Source of the DNA: Planctomycetota bacterium
Lineage (GTDB): Bacteria > Planctomycetota > MHYJ01 > JACQXL01
NCBI GenBank assembly: GCA_043807745.1
Contig: JAZDFP010000035.1
Coordinates: forward strand, 1-35,600
Direction: 5' to 3'
DNA: 35,600 bases
The notes under the pieces are model-generated. The model had not been told where the DNA came from and searched no databases. It was given only the letters and a program-made list of their open reading frames with translations. The position numbers and the translations under genes were made by a program. Positions 7,611 to 17,093 of this stretch are shown here, piece by piece (positions within the stretch are counted from its first letter, which is position 1; each line of letters begins with the position of its first letter).

Positions 7611-7639
7611 TTGACCACTTGAGATATTTCTGTTGATAT
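7611..7639 (+). promoter_or_regulatory. Sigma70-type promoter for metK-ahcY
   Basis: TTGACC at 7611-7616, a 17-nt spacer, then TGATAT at 7634-7639. This leaves a leader of only about 25-30 nt before the AGAGAAAGG RBS and the ATG at 7674. Confidence 0.5.
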
Positions 7640-7673
7640 TTCAGGAAAATAATAAAGAGAAAGGTAATTATTT

Positions 7674-8864
7674 ATGAAAAGACGAGCCACCCACAGGGTG
7701 ACCCGGCGGGCCAGACGGGAATTTACTTCAGAAGCAGTTTGTATGGGTCATCCGGATAAGATATGCGACCAGATTTCGGATGCGATTCTTGATGAGATTA
7801 TTGCCAAAGACCCGACTGCACGGGTTGCCTGTGAAACGATGGTTAAAACCGGTATGGCCATTGTAGCCGGCGAAATCACTACCAAAACATACGTGGAAAT
7901 ACCTGATGTGGTCAGAAGAACCATTAAAGAAATCGGGTATACTGATGCTAAAATGGGTTTTGATTATGAAACGTGTTCCGTGCTGACATGCATTCAGAAA
8001 CAATCACCGGATATTGCCCAAGGTGTTGATGAAAAGAGCAATAAGAAATTAGGTGCCGGAGACCAGGGAATTATGTTCGGTTATGCCTGCCGCGAAACGG
8101 CTGAATTTATGCCTTTACCAATTATGCTGGCGAGGAAACTTGTTAATCGTGCTGCTTTGGTTAGGCAGCAGGGCATTTTATCTTACCTTAGACCTGATGG
8201 TAAGTCTCAGGTGACAATAGATTATGAGAACGACCATCCGGTTAGAGTAAATACGATAATTCTTTCGCTTCAACATAATCCTGAAGTTAGCCATTCAAAG
8301 ATAACAAAAGATTTAATCAAACATATTATTGTTCCCATAATACCGAAACATTTAATGGATAATAAGACTAAGGTTCTGATTAATCCGACAGGCAGATTTG
8401 TTTTGGGAGGACCATATGCAGATTGCGGTTTAACAGGCCGCAAGGTAGTCGTAGATACATATGGGAGTATGGGAACTCATGGTGGCGGAGCTTTTTCCGG
8501 TAAAGATCCGACCAAGGTTGACCGGAGTGCTTCGTATGCAGCCAGATATGTTGCCAAGAATATAGTCGCTTCAGGATTAGCTAATCGATGCGAGGTTCAG
8601 TTAGCTTATTCTATCGGTGTTGCAGAGCCTGTTACTGTTGATGTTGAAACATTTGGCACAGCCCAGATAGACGAAGAGAAGATTATCAGATTAGTCAGGA
8701 AAAACTTCGACTTGACGCCGGGAGGGATAATTCATCATCTTCATTTACGCAGGCCCATATATAAACATACTGCCAGATACGGTCATTTTGGCATAAAGGG
8801 ACCCGGTTATACCTGGGAGATGACTGATAAAATAAATATATTAAGAAAGGCATTGAAAAAATGA
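7674..8864 (+). CDS. metK: S-adenosylmethionine synthetase
   Basis: [36 protein letters not shown] and [17 protein letters not shown] motifs; 396 aa; RBS upstream. The N-terminus has an Arg-rich extension ([14 protein letters not shown]). Confidence 0.95.
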   Translation: MKRRATHRVTRRARREFTSEAVCMGHPDKICDQISDAILDEIIAKDPTARVACETMVKTGMAIVAGEITTKTYVEIPDVVRRTIKEIGYTDAKMGFDYETCSVLTCIQKQSPDIAQGVDEKSNKKLGAGDQGIMFGYACRETAEFMPLPIMLARKLVNRAALVRQQGILSYLRPDGKSQVTIDYENDHPVRVNTIILSLQHNPEVSHSKITKDLIKHIIVPIIPKHLMDNKTKVLINPTGRFVLGGPYADCGLTGRKVVVDTYGSMGTHGGGAFSGKDPTKVDRSASYAARYVAKNIVASGLANRCEVQLAYSIGVAEPVTVDVETFGTAQIDEEKIIRLVRKNFDLTPGGIIHHLHLRRPIYKHTARYGHFGIKGPGYTWEMTDKINILRKALKK

Positions 8865-10120
8865 AATACGATATCAAAGATATTAAGTTGGCAAAAGTAG
8901 GGCAGAACAAAATAGACTGGGCTGAGAAGCATATGCCCGTAGTGGCGAAGATTCGAGAGCGTTTTAGTCGTGAAAAACCATTGAGAGGTAAACGTATCGC
9001 TGCCTGTCTTCATGTTACTTCGGAAACAGCAAATTTAGTCAGGACTCTATCGGCTGGCGGTGCCCAAGTTTTTCTGTGCGCCTCTAATCCTCTGTCTACT
9101 CAGGATGATACTTCAGCGGCTATAGTTAAAAACTATCATATTCCTGTTTTTGCTTACAGGGGCGTTAATAGAAATAATTATTACAAACATATTGAAGCGG
9201 TTCTTTCCTATAATCCGCATATAACCATTGATGATGGTGCTGATTTAGTCTCGTTAATTCATTCTAAACAACGGGATAAGGTTGATAATATTATTGCCGG
9301 TATGGAAGAGACCACAACCGGTGTTATCAGATTAAGAGCAATGGAAAGAGATAATGCCTTATTATATCCCATATTTGCTGTTAATGATGCACAGATTAAA
9401 TATCTTTTTGATAATCGTTATGGCACAGGGCAATCAACATTAGACGGTATTATAAGAGCGACAAATATCCTGTTTGCCGGTAAGGTAGCAGTAATAGCCG
9501 GTTACGGTTGGTGTGGTCGAGGGTTTGCCATGCGTGCTAAAGGGCTCGGTGCTCGTGTTATTATAACTGAGGTAAATCCATTAAAATCTATAGAGGCTAT
9601 TATGGATGGTTTTGATGTAATGCCTATGGGGAATGCGGCTAAAATCGGTGATATTTTTTGCACGTTCACAGGTGATATTTCTGTTCTTAGACGAGAACAT
9701 TTCTTAGTGATGAAAAATGGTGCGATAGTTGCTAATTCAGGTCATTTTAATGTTGAGATAGATATACCGTCATTAGAACAGTTAAGTAAAAAGATAAAGA
9801 AAGATATCAGGCCTAATGTTGAAGAGTATGTTTTGAGTGATAAAAAATCAATTTTCCTTTTGGGTCAGGGACGGCTGGTTAATCTCGCTTGTGCCGAAGG
9901 GCATCCTGCTACTGTAATGGATATGAGTTTCGCTACTCAAGCTTTAACAACTGAGTATGCCGTAAAAAACGCCAATAAACTTCAACCGAAAGTTTATCCT
10001 GTGCCAGTTGAAATAGAAAACTGGATAGCTAAATTAAAATTAGAATCAATGGGAACAAGAATCGATTCTCTTACCGAAAAGCAGAAAAAATATTTGGCCA
10101 GTTGGGGTGAAGGAACATAG
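8861..10120 (+). CDS. ahcY: Adenosylhomocysteinase (short ~420-aa form)
   Basis: [15 protein letters not shown], an NAD-binding GYGWCGRG and GHFNVEID motifs. Its ATG overlaps the metK stop (ATGA), indicating translational coupling. Confidence 0.95.
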   Translation: MKYDIKDIKLAKVGQNKIDWAEKHMPVVAKIRERFSREKPLRGKRIAACLHVTSETANLVRTLSAGGAQVFLCASNPLSTQDDTSAAIVKNYHIPVFAYRGVNRNNYYKHIEAVLSYNPHITIDDGADLVSLIHSKQRDKVDNIIAGMEETTTGVIRLRAMERDNALLYPIFAVNDAQIKYLFDNRYGTGQSTLDGIIRATNILFAGKVAVIAGYGWCGRGFAMRAKGLGARVIITEVNPLKSIEAIMDGFDVMPMGNAAKIGDIFCTFTGDISVLRREHFLVMKNGAIVANSGHFNVEIDIPSLEQLSKKIKKDIRPNVEEYVLSDKKSIFLLGQGRLVNLACAEGHPATVMDMSFATQALTTEYAVKNANKLQPKVYPVPVEIENWIAKLKLESMGTRIDSLTEKQKKYLASWGEGT

Positions 10121-10290
10121 AAAATCAGTTGCATTTTTTAGATACTGGTAGGTAGTTGTTTGATAAGTAAAATCAAACAGCATTGCTAATTAATAACAGA
10201 ATTTAGTGGAAATTACTTGATTTTTATAAAGATAAATATATGATAATTATAATAATAATAGAATTGAAAAAGAGATGGGGGAGTAAATAA

Positions 10291-10848
10291 ATGATAAGAA
10301 ATAATCTGGTAAATAAGAAAGTTTCTCGGAATGGTTTTACTTTGATAGAATTACTTGTTGTAATTACTATTATAGCCATATTGGCAACGATTATTATACC
10401 AAGTATGGCAAAGATAAGAACAGATGCGAAGAAAATGAAATGCCGTGATAATCTCGCGAAATTGTATCAAGCGTTGGTAATGTATGATACTGAATTCAAA
10501 ATATATCCCCGTGGTGATAGTTACAGAGGGGCACAATTCTGGGAAGTCTTAAGAACTCTACCAACTTCTGATACTGCTGTTCTAAAGGAAAAGAATAGAG
10601 ATGATTTATATATATGTCCACTAAAAGGCGGATTTGGGGGAGCCGGTATTTGTCATTATCGCGGACCAAATTTCGATGTGAGCGATGCTCTTGTAGAATC
10701 AGACCCTATCGGCGCAGATGTGGCACAAAATCATGACCCCAAACAAGGTCAAAATCCTATTAATGTTCTTTATTGGGGAGGAAAAGTTATTGAGGTTAAG
10801 TATAATACGACTGAGTGGCAACAAGTTGAGTCATCTCTTCAGGAATAG
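10291..10848 (+). CDS. Prepilin-type N-terminal cleavage/methylation domain protein (pseudopilin-like, DUF1559-like tail)
   Basis: The G/FTLIELLVVITIIAILA processing motif follows a basic leader, and there is a GGGGGAG RBS. The C-terminal NHDPKQGQNPINVLYWGGKV resembles the H-x9-DG type tail. Confidence 0.8.
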   Translation: MIRNNLVNKKVSRNGFTLIELLVVITIIAILATIIIPSMAKIRTDAKKMKCRDNLAKLYQALVMYDTEFKIYPRGDSYRGAQFWEVLRTLPTSDTAVLKEKNRDDLYICPLKGGFGGAGICHYRGPNFDVSDALVESDPIGADVAQNHDPKQGQNPINVLYWGGKVIEVKYNTTEWQQVESSLQE

Positions 10849-10913
10849 ATTATAATTATTCTCGTCATCTATGCCAGATACGGGAAATCGGAAATATATT
10901 AATTTAAAAATAT

Positions 10914-11966
10914 ATGATAAAATTATCTTTTTTTCGCATCTTGGTTTCCATAGTTCTTTTAACATTTTTATGTAACATTACTAATGCTTACATCGAACTT
11001 AAAAAAAGATGGGAAATAGATTTTGAATATAAGCCGTTGAAAATATTTACTTATAGCGATGCCTCCAATAAGCTGAAAAATTACTACTACTTTCTTTACA
11101 CGCTTACGAATAAATCAGACAAAACAATTCCGCTTAACATAGATGCTTGTCTTAAGATAGATTTGCATCATCCTAACCTCATTGCTGCCGGTTACTCTCC
11201 AAAAATAAAGTATTACCAAGATTCATTACAACCTTTAGTGGGAGACGAGATTATATTTGCTGAAGAGAAACTTTTAGGTTTATCTTTGGGAGTTAGAAAG
11301 GATAAAGTCAAAGATTTTAAAGGTAAATTTTTCTATTTGAATTGTCAGGAATTACGAACCAAACAGACAATTTTGCCTAATGAAAAAATAATTGGATTGG
11401 CTATATTTGAAAATGTTGATAGGCAAGCCAAAACTTTTGAGATAATGATTGGCGGATTATTCGATTCGGTAAAAAGAAGATATGTCGATGAGATTCAATC
11501 TGAAGAAGTCAAAAATTCACATATTGAACGAGATATCAAGGATGCACTTAAAGATAAACGTATTCCTATCAGTAAAGAACCAACATATGAATATGAGAAT
11601 CGCATTAGAAAGATAACCTATATTTGTGAAGGGGGTGAATTCAACAAACAATCTCAGGCGCTAATAGAAATAATAACCGCACCTCAATGGGTAGTTAGAA
11701 ATTATGGACCGATTGATGAAAAAAACACTCTTAAAAAGATGATAGAATCATTAGAAGATGAGAATCCAGCAATTCGATGGAGTAGTTGGTTTCTTCTGCG
11801 TCGTCTTACAGGATTATCTTTTGACTACAATATAGAAACAGAAGCATCATCTGAGGAAAACCAAAAATCTATTAAATTATGGCAGGAGTGGTGGTATATT
11901 AATAAAGAAAAATTGGTCTACAATAAAAATCTAAATCAATTCCAAATATCCGAGCAAACCAAATAA
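10914..11966 (+). CDS. Hypothetical secreted protein with a HEAT-like C-terminal segment
   Basis: 350-aa ORF with a signal-like N-terminus. ENPAIRWSSWFLLRRLTG resembles a HEAT repeat. There is no obvious RBS and I do not recognise a family. Confidence 0.55.
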   Translation: MIKLSFFRILVSIVLLTFLCNITNAYIELKKRWEIDFEYKPLKIFTYSDASNKLKNYYYFLYTLTNKSDKTIPLNIDACLKIDLHHPNLIAAGYSPKIKYYQDSLQPLVGDEIIFAEEKLLGLSLGVRKDKVKDFKGKFFYLNCQELRTKQTILPNEKIIGLAIFENVDRQAKTFEIMIGGLFDSVKRRYVDEIQSEEVKNSHIERDIKDALKDKRIPISKEPTYEYENRIRKITYICEGGEFNKQSQALIEIITAPQWVVRNYGPIDEKNTLKKMIESLEDENPAIRWSSWFLLRRLTGLSFDYNIETEASSEENQKSIKLWQEWWYINKEKLVYNKNLNQFQISEQTK

Positions 11967-12139
11967 GATAGTTTTCTACAGGGAATATCAACATATCAGA
12001 CATATAATCATAGGTTATAATATTTGCTGTGAATTCGTGGGACACCCAGAGGGCAGGCACCATACTGCCATTGCAGGCAGGTCTCATATAGCCAGAAAAA
12101 TCCACATACTTAGACCCCTAATTAGCCTTGGTTGGAAGG

Positions 12140-12340
12140 GTATTTACCCTCTACTGTAGGGTATCTCGCCTCTACTGGTTCTGTATTACCGGACTACTGG
12201 TAGGATAATTCGGCTCTATTAGAGGTGTAATAGCCATCTATTGGTAACCTAATTCGCCTCTATTAGAAGGGTAATCACCCTCTATTAGAAGGTGAATACC
12301 TCTCTACTCGTAGGGTAATCAGGGTCTATCCGTTCCCTAT
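12140..12340. repeat. Degenerate ~22-bp tandem array, at least 9 units, followed by a G-rich tract to about 12470
   Basis: The core CT(C/A)TA(C/T)T recurs at 12149, 12170, 12192, 12214, 12236, 12258, 12280, 12302 and 12324, so spacing is 21-22 nt. The unit consensus is about GGTAATCACCCTCTATTAGAAG. The surrounding 730 bp holds no ORF of 60 aa or more. Confidence 0.8.
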
Positions 12341-12601
12341 TGAGGGGGTAGTAGAAGGTAATTAGGGTAGGGATAGAAGGTAGATACACCCTTACCGGAG
12401 GGTGGTGGGGTATCCGGGGGATAACCGGGTGATAACCGGGGGGTATCCTCCCTCGGCTGGTTTTACAGGGGTGCTAAAATAGTGATAATCCTATGTATTA
12501 AATGTAGTTATATCAAAAATTGGTATTTTAAACACTTTGCCTGAAGGTGCTTAAAGAGGGAAAATATAGTAGTTATTAACCGAAAGTTTACATTCAGTTT
12601 G

Positions 12602-12659
12602 GGTAGACAACGAGGTTTATCCTCGTTGATGTCAACGACCATAAAGGTCGTTGTCTACC
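12602..12659. other. Compact Y-shaped (three-way junction) or long-hairpin structure downstream of the wecA-like gene; possible terminator
   Basis: Outer stem GGTAGA (12602-12607) pairs with TCTACC (12654-12659). Arm 1 is CAACGAGG (12608-12615) with CCTCGTTG (12621-12628). Arm 2 is CAACGACC (12633-12640) with GGTCGTTG (12646-12653). Confidence 0.5.
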
Positions 12660-12699
12660 ATTCTTATGACAACTTTTGACTAATAACCACTACAGTTAA

Positions 12700-13779
12700 T
12701 TATTTTGATTTAGGAATAAATTCTATTAAGAGAATAATAATAAGGAATACTAAAAGATATTGAGTGAATATAAGGATAGCTTCCCATTTTGTTGTATTTC
12801 TAAGTGCAATTGCACCAAGTCCAAGCGTGCAAGAAATAAGATAGACGAATAAAACTGTTTGACGAGGTGATAAAAAATGATTAATTCTGTGGGAAAGATG
12901 GTCATGTCCTGTGTATGTGATAATTTGAGAAATATTTGTAGTGATTTTTTGTCGATATCTGCGAATAATAACATAAATCAAATCAAGGATAGGAATGCCA
13001 AGGATGATAACAGGAATAATAGCGGCTTTAATAGGGTTTGTTGACCAGCCACCCATAATACTTAGTACGCCTAATGTGAATCCAATAAAAAATGAGCCGC
13101 TATCACCCATAAAAATGGCGGCTTGTTTTTTGAATCGGAAATTATGAGGTAAAAATCCAGCATTACTACCCATTAATATAACAGCTAAAATACCCCATAA
13201 CCACTGACCAGTTTGAAGAGCAATAATAGCATAAGTACCCGATGCAATTATTGCCAAACCAGTAGCAAGACCATTCATATTATCTATTGCGTTAAAAGCA
13301 CTGATTACACCAACTATCCAAAAAAGAGTTAATATGAAATTAACCGTATAAGGTAATGGGAAATTCAATAAAATTCCTCCGTGTGCGAGAATAATAGTTA
13401 CTCCAAAGAGAATTATTAATTTCATTACTGCTGGAATTCCATTAGAAGTAGATGATTTTATGTCATCATATAAACCTACCAGCATAACAATACTGCTACC
13501 AATAATAATACTTGAAACTCTATGGTCAATCGGTATTGATAAGCCAAACCAGACGGCCATTGATGATTTCGATAATAATAAAATAGTAGAAATACTAAAA
13601 CTTATAAAAACACCAATTCCTCCAATGCGAGGAGTAGGTTGTTTATGCATCTTAAGGGGTCCAGGATTATCTATTATTTTTAAGCGGATTGAGATAATTA
13701 TTGTTAAGAATGTAACAAAATAAGAAATTAATCCTGAAGATAGGAAGACAATTAAATAAATAATCAACCAGTTACTCAT
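12700..13779 (-). CDS. Glycosyltransferase family 4 (WecA/MraY-like) undecaprenyl-phosphate sugar-phosphate transferase
   Basis: 359-aa polytopic membrane protein with GLYDDIKS, NAIDNMNGLA and a MGDSGSFFIGF-type motif. Confidence 0.85.
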   Translation of the reverse strand: MSNWLIIYLIVFLSSGLISYFVTFLTIIISIRLKIIDNPGPLKMHKQPTPRIGGIGVFISFSISTILLLSKSSMAVWFGLSIPIDHRVSSIIIGSSIVMLVGLYDDIKSSTSNGIPAVMKLIILFGVTIILAHGGILLNFPLPYTVNFILTLFWIVGVISAFNAIDNMNGLATGLAIIASGTYAIIALQTGQWLWGILAVILMGSNAGFLPHNFRFKKQAAIFMGDSGSFFIGFTLGVLSIMGGWSTNPIKAAIIPVIILGIPILDLIYVIIRRYRQKITTNISQIITYTGHDHLSHRINHFLSPRQTVLFVYLISCTLGLGAIALRNTTKWEAILIFTQYLLVFLIIILLIEFIPKSK

Positions 13780-13787
13780 CGTTTTTA

Positions 13788-14537
13788 TTAAGTCATTTCA
13801 AAATATTTGCCGCTGTCTTTAATTATTTCCAGACTTTTATCACCATAATTAAACAAAAGGTCTATTATCGATAATTCTGGTATAAATGGTTCGTATATTT
13901 GCTTGTATAATGGATGGTGGAAATCTTGGTAATAAGATTTTATATTATATCGGTTTAGTTTGTTTTTGTCTAGATAATCATGACCATGTTTTCCATGGAG
14001 ATAAAAGTCCGAATCAAATTTCTGACATATCTTTATTATTAAATCTGTAGCGGAGCTATCTGATAATGTTGAGTTACTTTGTTTGGAACAGTAATTAAGT
14101 CCTAATTGAGATGCGCGACTAATTTTTACTTTGATACCCAATGCTTCGATTATATAAAAAATAATTGCTTCATTTAGTTGTGTAAGTAAATCCCATTTTT
14201 TCTGATAGATTTGGTAGAAGAAATCAGCATATTTATGAAAATGTGGTGTTTGATGATAATTTCTTTCTATACTCTTGAGATGTTTTCGAGACCAGAGTGT
14301 TGTATTGTCTATCTCTGTTTCTACAATAGGTTGATAAAATTTATTTTTGGTTTTAACTGGTACCGTTAACCAAATCCAATTATTAGATGTTCTTATACGA
14401 TTACGGTTAATCCAACCAAAGGGTCCTCGTTTGACATATTGAACTATATCTACAATAACAAAAATATCAGCAAGTGAAATTTTATGAAAGAAACCAATAT
14501 AAGGTAAATAATTAGGCTGATGACCAGTAATAAGCAT
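13788..14537 (-). CDS. WbqC-family protein
   Basis: The N-terminal MLITGHQPNYLPYIGFFHKI matches the WbqC-like signature (QP-x-YLP-x-GYF), and the ~250-aa size fits. Confidence 0.7.
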   Translation of the reverse strand: MLITGHQPNYLPYIGFFHKISLADIFVIVDIVQYVKRGPFGWINRNRIRTSNNWIWLTVPVKTKNKFYQPIVETEIDNTTLWSRKHLKSIERNYHQTPHFHKYADFFYQIYQKKWDLLTQLNEAIIFYIIEALGIKVKISRASQLGLNYCSKQSNSTLSDSSATDLIIKICQKFDSDFYLHGKHGHDYLDKNKLNRYNIKSYYQDFHHPLYKQIYEPFIPELSIIDLLFNYGDKSLEIIKDSGKYFEMT

Positions 14538-14565
14538 CTATACTTAGTATTATTAAGAAGGACTA

Positions 14566-15282
14566 TTAGATAAAAGTTTTTATTTTATGTATACTAAAAG
14601 AACCATCTTTTAGACTTCCACTAAGACCTAATGATAAAATGATTTCATTAGGTCTAGCTGTTCCTTTGTTCGTTATTTTGACAGTCAAAAAAAGCAAATC
14701 GTTTTTTAATTCTATTTTTTGAACATAATTTCTAATGTTAATCTCCTTAAAATTTTTATTTATATAATCGCGTTGAACTATTTGATTTACTTGATTCATC
14801 CAGTTCTCTATTTTTTCTTGGGATAATTTAAGCAGTTCGTTTGAGGCCATATCATTTAGAGGGGTAATTTTATATTCAACATTAAATCCATTAGAAATGG
14901 AGTTATTAATAGTATTTTCTTTGTCGGTTTCTTGATATGATTTTATATGATCTAATGTATCTTGACGTAGAGGTATACAAGGTTTGACAGTTGAAATCAC
15001 AATGTCTTCTATTAATTTTTTGTTAATTTTTTGAATAACATCTTTGGGATTTAACCATTCTGAAAATTGAAGATATATTACTTCGTCATCTGAGGAAATT
15101 CCTACAGCTAAAGCAGTAGTAAAAGAGAGACGGGGACGAGGATTAAATCCTTCAGAAAAGATAATCGGGATATTCGCGCGACGAATAGATTGTTCGATAA
15201 TATTAAGGAATTCTCGTTGAGATAGGTATTTAGCACGTCCATTTTTTTTTAAGCGCAACAGGAATTGAAATTTTGTTGGCAT
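14566..15282 (-). CDS. DUF2344 / TIGR03936-type radical-SAM-associated protein
   Basis: AKYLSQREFLNIIEQSIRRANIPIIFSEGFNPRPRLSFTTALAVGISSDDE matches the S-H-x-D...RA-x-RRA-x-P...GFNP-x-P motif I remember for this family. Confidence 0.7.
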   Translation of the reverse strand: MPTKFQFLLRLKKNGRAKYLSQREFLNIIEQSIRRANIPIIFSEGFNPRPRLSFTTALAVGISSDDEVIYLQFSEWLNPKDVIQKINKKLIEDIVISTVKPCIPLRQDTLDHIKSYQETDKENTINNSISNGFNVEYKITPLNDMASNELLKLSQEKIENWMNQVNQIVQRDYINKNFKEINIRNYVQKIELKNDLLFLTVKITNKGTARPNEIILSLGLSGSLKDGSFSIHKIKTFI

Positions 15283-15303
15283 TTGCCATACCTGTAAAGT
15301 TAT

Positions 15304-17079
15304 TTATTTTACCCATTTCCATTTCTTAGAAGTATCTATTTCTGTAGATCCTTCTGTACCTTTGATTTTATTTTCCAATATCTTAACGGTTGATTCTGCT
15401 GATGTTATAATACGAGGGGTAACAAATACTAATAATTTTCTTTCGATGAGAGTGCCCGATTTATATCGGAATAAATTATTAACAAATGGAATGTCACCTA
15501 AGAAAGGAATTCTTTCAAGTATTTTGGTAAGTCTTTCATCCACGAGTCCTCCGACAATTGCGGTTTGTCCGCTTTCTATAATTAGATTAGTTACGATTGT
15601 TGATTGTCTTACTCTTGGAAGACGAAGGGTTTGACCGGCAATTTCGTACGTTTCAAAACCATTATCTTGTCCAGAGAGATCTTCTAAACGAGGGATAAGA
15701 GTTATAATAATTTTATTTGTGTCTTGAACTATATGGGGTGTAACCCACAATTGGAATCCGACGTTTATAGGCGTTGCTTCAGTTAATTCATACATGGGAA
15801 TACCAGCCGATGAATATGTGACTTTTATTTGAGGATACCTGATTAATTCGCCTACAAATACTGTTGCTTCTTCTCCGTCTATAGTAAGTAAATTAGGTTC
15901 TTGAATAAATTTTGTTTTAGTATCGCTTTTAAATAATCTTAGTATCGTAGATGCATCATATGAGTTTAGGAAGAACTGATTAAAAGAAGTATCTTGCTTA
16001 CGTCCAAATCCAAAAGGAAGTGTAGTAGAAATACTCGCAGGACTTGGTTTTGCTTTTATTATGTCAGATTTTGGGTTTACAGTTCCTCCGAACTCATATT
16101 TTAAACCAAGGTTAATGAGGTCATCATTAGTAGTAGAAACAAATTTTAATTCAATCAATACTTGTCTGGGAGCTACATCTAACTGGTCAAGTATTTTTTC
16201 AATCGAATCAAGAACAGTTTTAATATCCTGTACAATAATACTATTTGTCTTAGTATCATATTCCAAAGAACCAATAGGAGTGTTTCCTTTATGGGACAAC
16301 ATATTTTTAAGGATATTCAATAAAGTAAATTCTTTAATAGCGTCTTCAGTTGGTTTGACCTTACCAACAGCATATGGTGTTACGATAGTTGCTTTGAATG
16401 ATGCAGGTGGTCTCAAATATTTTAACCGGAAAATTCTTGTTTCTAATTGGTCTTTTAATGTCTCGGTTTTAACTATACGGATAACATTATATTTTTCACG
16501 TACGAGACTAAATCCGGTAGTTTTAACGATGTTATTTAAAGCTTCTAACCATGGTACGTCTGATAGTATCATCGTAACTGCACCCTTAATATCTTCAGAG
16601 ATAATAACATTAATACCAGCAAGTTTAGCAATATTACGGATTACTTCCTCTAATGGAGCATTTTTAAGATCCATATTTATTGTCGGTGGTTTAGTTATTC
16701 TAAAAAGTGAAGGAGTTGCTTCTTCTAAAATACATTGAGCAATCATAACAGTTTCTTCCAGTGCAGAATGCCAATCTAAATTTCTGAACGTTACTGTAAT
16801 GGTGTCTTCATTAGATATTCTTAAATCAATTATTATATTAACGTTTGCAATTTCACCAATAGTTTCTAAGGCGGCTCTAAGAGGTTTATCTACCCATTCA
16901 ACAGTGATAGTCGGAATGGACGGTTTATCTGTTACTGATGGAGTTGGTGAAGATGATGATATTGCAGTGGGTGTTTGTTTTTCTTGAGCTAATAAGACAA
17001 TGCTGGAAAATATTATTATACATAAAATAATACTTAGACAACGGAATATGATGAGAGATAGTTTTCGGTTTGATTCCAT
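15304..17079 (-). CDS. pilQ: Type IV pilus secretin PilQ
   Basis: 591 aa with an AGGAG RBS and a signal peptide. It has repeated secretin-N type domains and the C-terminal secretin signature GGLVDE...IPFLGDIPFVNNLFRY...LLVFVTPRII. It lies downstream of pilMNO. Confidence 0.9.
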   Translation of the reverse strand: MESNRKLSLIIFRCLSIILCIIIFSSIVLLAQEKQTPTAISSSSPTPSVTDKPSIPTITVEWVDKPLRAALETIGEIANVNIIIDLRISNEDTITVTFRNLDWHSALEETVMIAQCILEEATPSLFRITKPPTINMDLKNAPLEEVIRNIAKLAGINVIISEDIKGAVTMILSDVPWLEALNNIVKTTGFSLVREKYNVIRIVKTETLKDQLETRIFRLKYLRPPASFKATIVTPYAVGKVKPTEDAIKEFTLLNILKNMLSHKGNTPIGSLEYDTKTNSIIVQDIKTVLDSIEKILDQLDVAPRQVLIELKFVSTTNDDLINLGLKYEFGGTVNPKSDIIKAKPSPASISTTLPFGFGRKQDTSFNQFFLNSYDASTILRLFKSDTKTKFIQEPNLLTIDGEEATVFVGELIRYPQIKVTYSSAGIPMYELTEATPINVGFQLWVTPHIVQDTNKIIITLIPRLEDLSGQDNGFETYEIAGQTLRLPRVRQSTIVTNLIIESGQTAIVGGLVDERLTKILERIPFLGDIPFVNNLFRYKSGTLIERKLLVFVTPRIITSAESTVKILENKIKGTEGSTEIDTSKKWKWVK

Positions 17080-17093
17080 ATAAAACTCCTTTT

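Noticed and set aside
7407-7673. SAM or SAH riboswitch upstream of metK-ahcY
   Set aside because: I saw no SAM-I core (no GAGGGA...GCAACC-type segments) and no pseudoknot-type SAM-II/SAH motif. The best promoter leaves only a leader of about 25-30 nt. An Rfam scan is still needed to be certain.
11899-12105. The 68-aa minus-strand ORF 11899..12105
   Set aside because: It overlaps the 3' end of the 10914..11966 gene in antisense. It has no RBS and no recognisable motif, and it is probably spurious.
12117-12470. Possible CRISPR array (also considered for the arrays at 1-105 and 32304-32408)
   Set aside because: The units are directly adjacent with a 21-22-bp period and no unique spacers between them. 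No cas genes are in the window. This is tandem satellite-type architecture, not repeat-spacer architecture.
15241-15250. Homopolymer tracts (T9 at about 15242, T8 at about 17163 and about 17853) as phase-variation switches
   Set aside because: Runs of A or T at this length are expected in coding DNA this AT-rich (Lys/Phe codons). There is no evidence of length heterogeneity from a single sequence.
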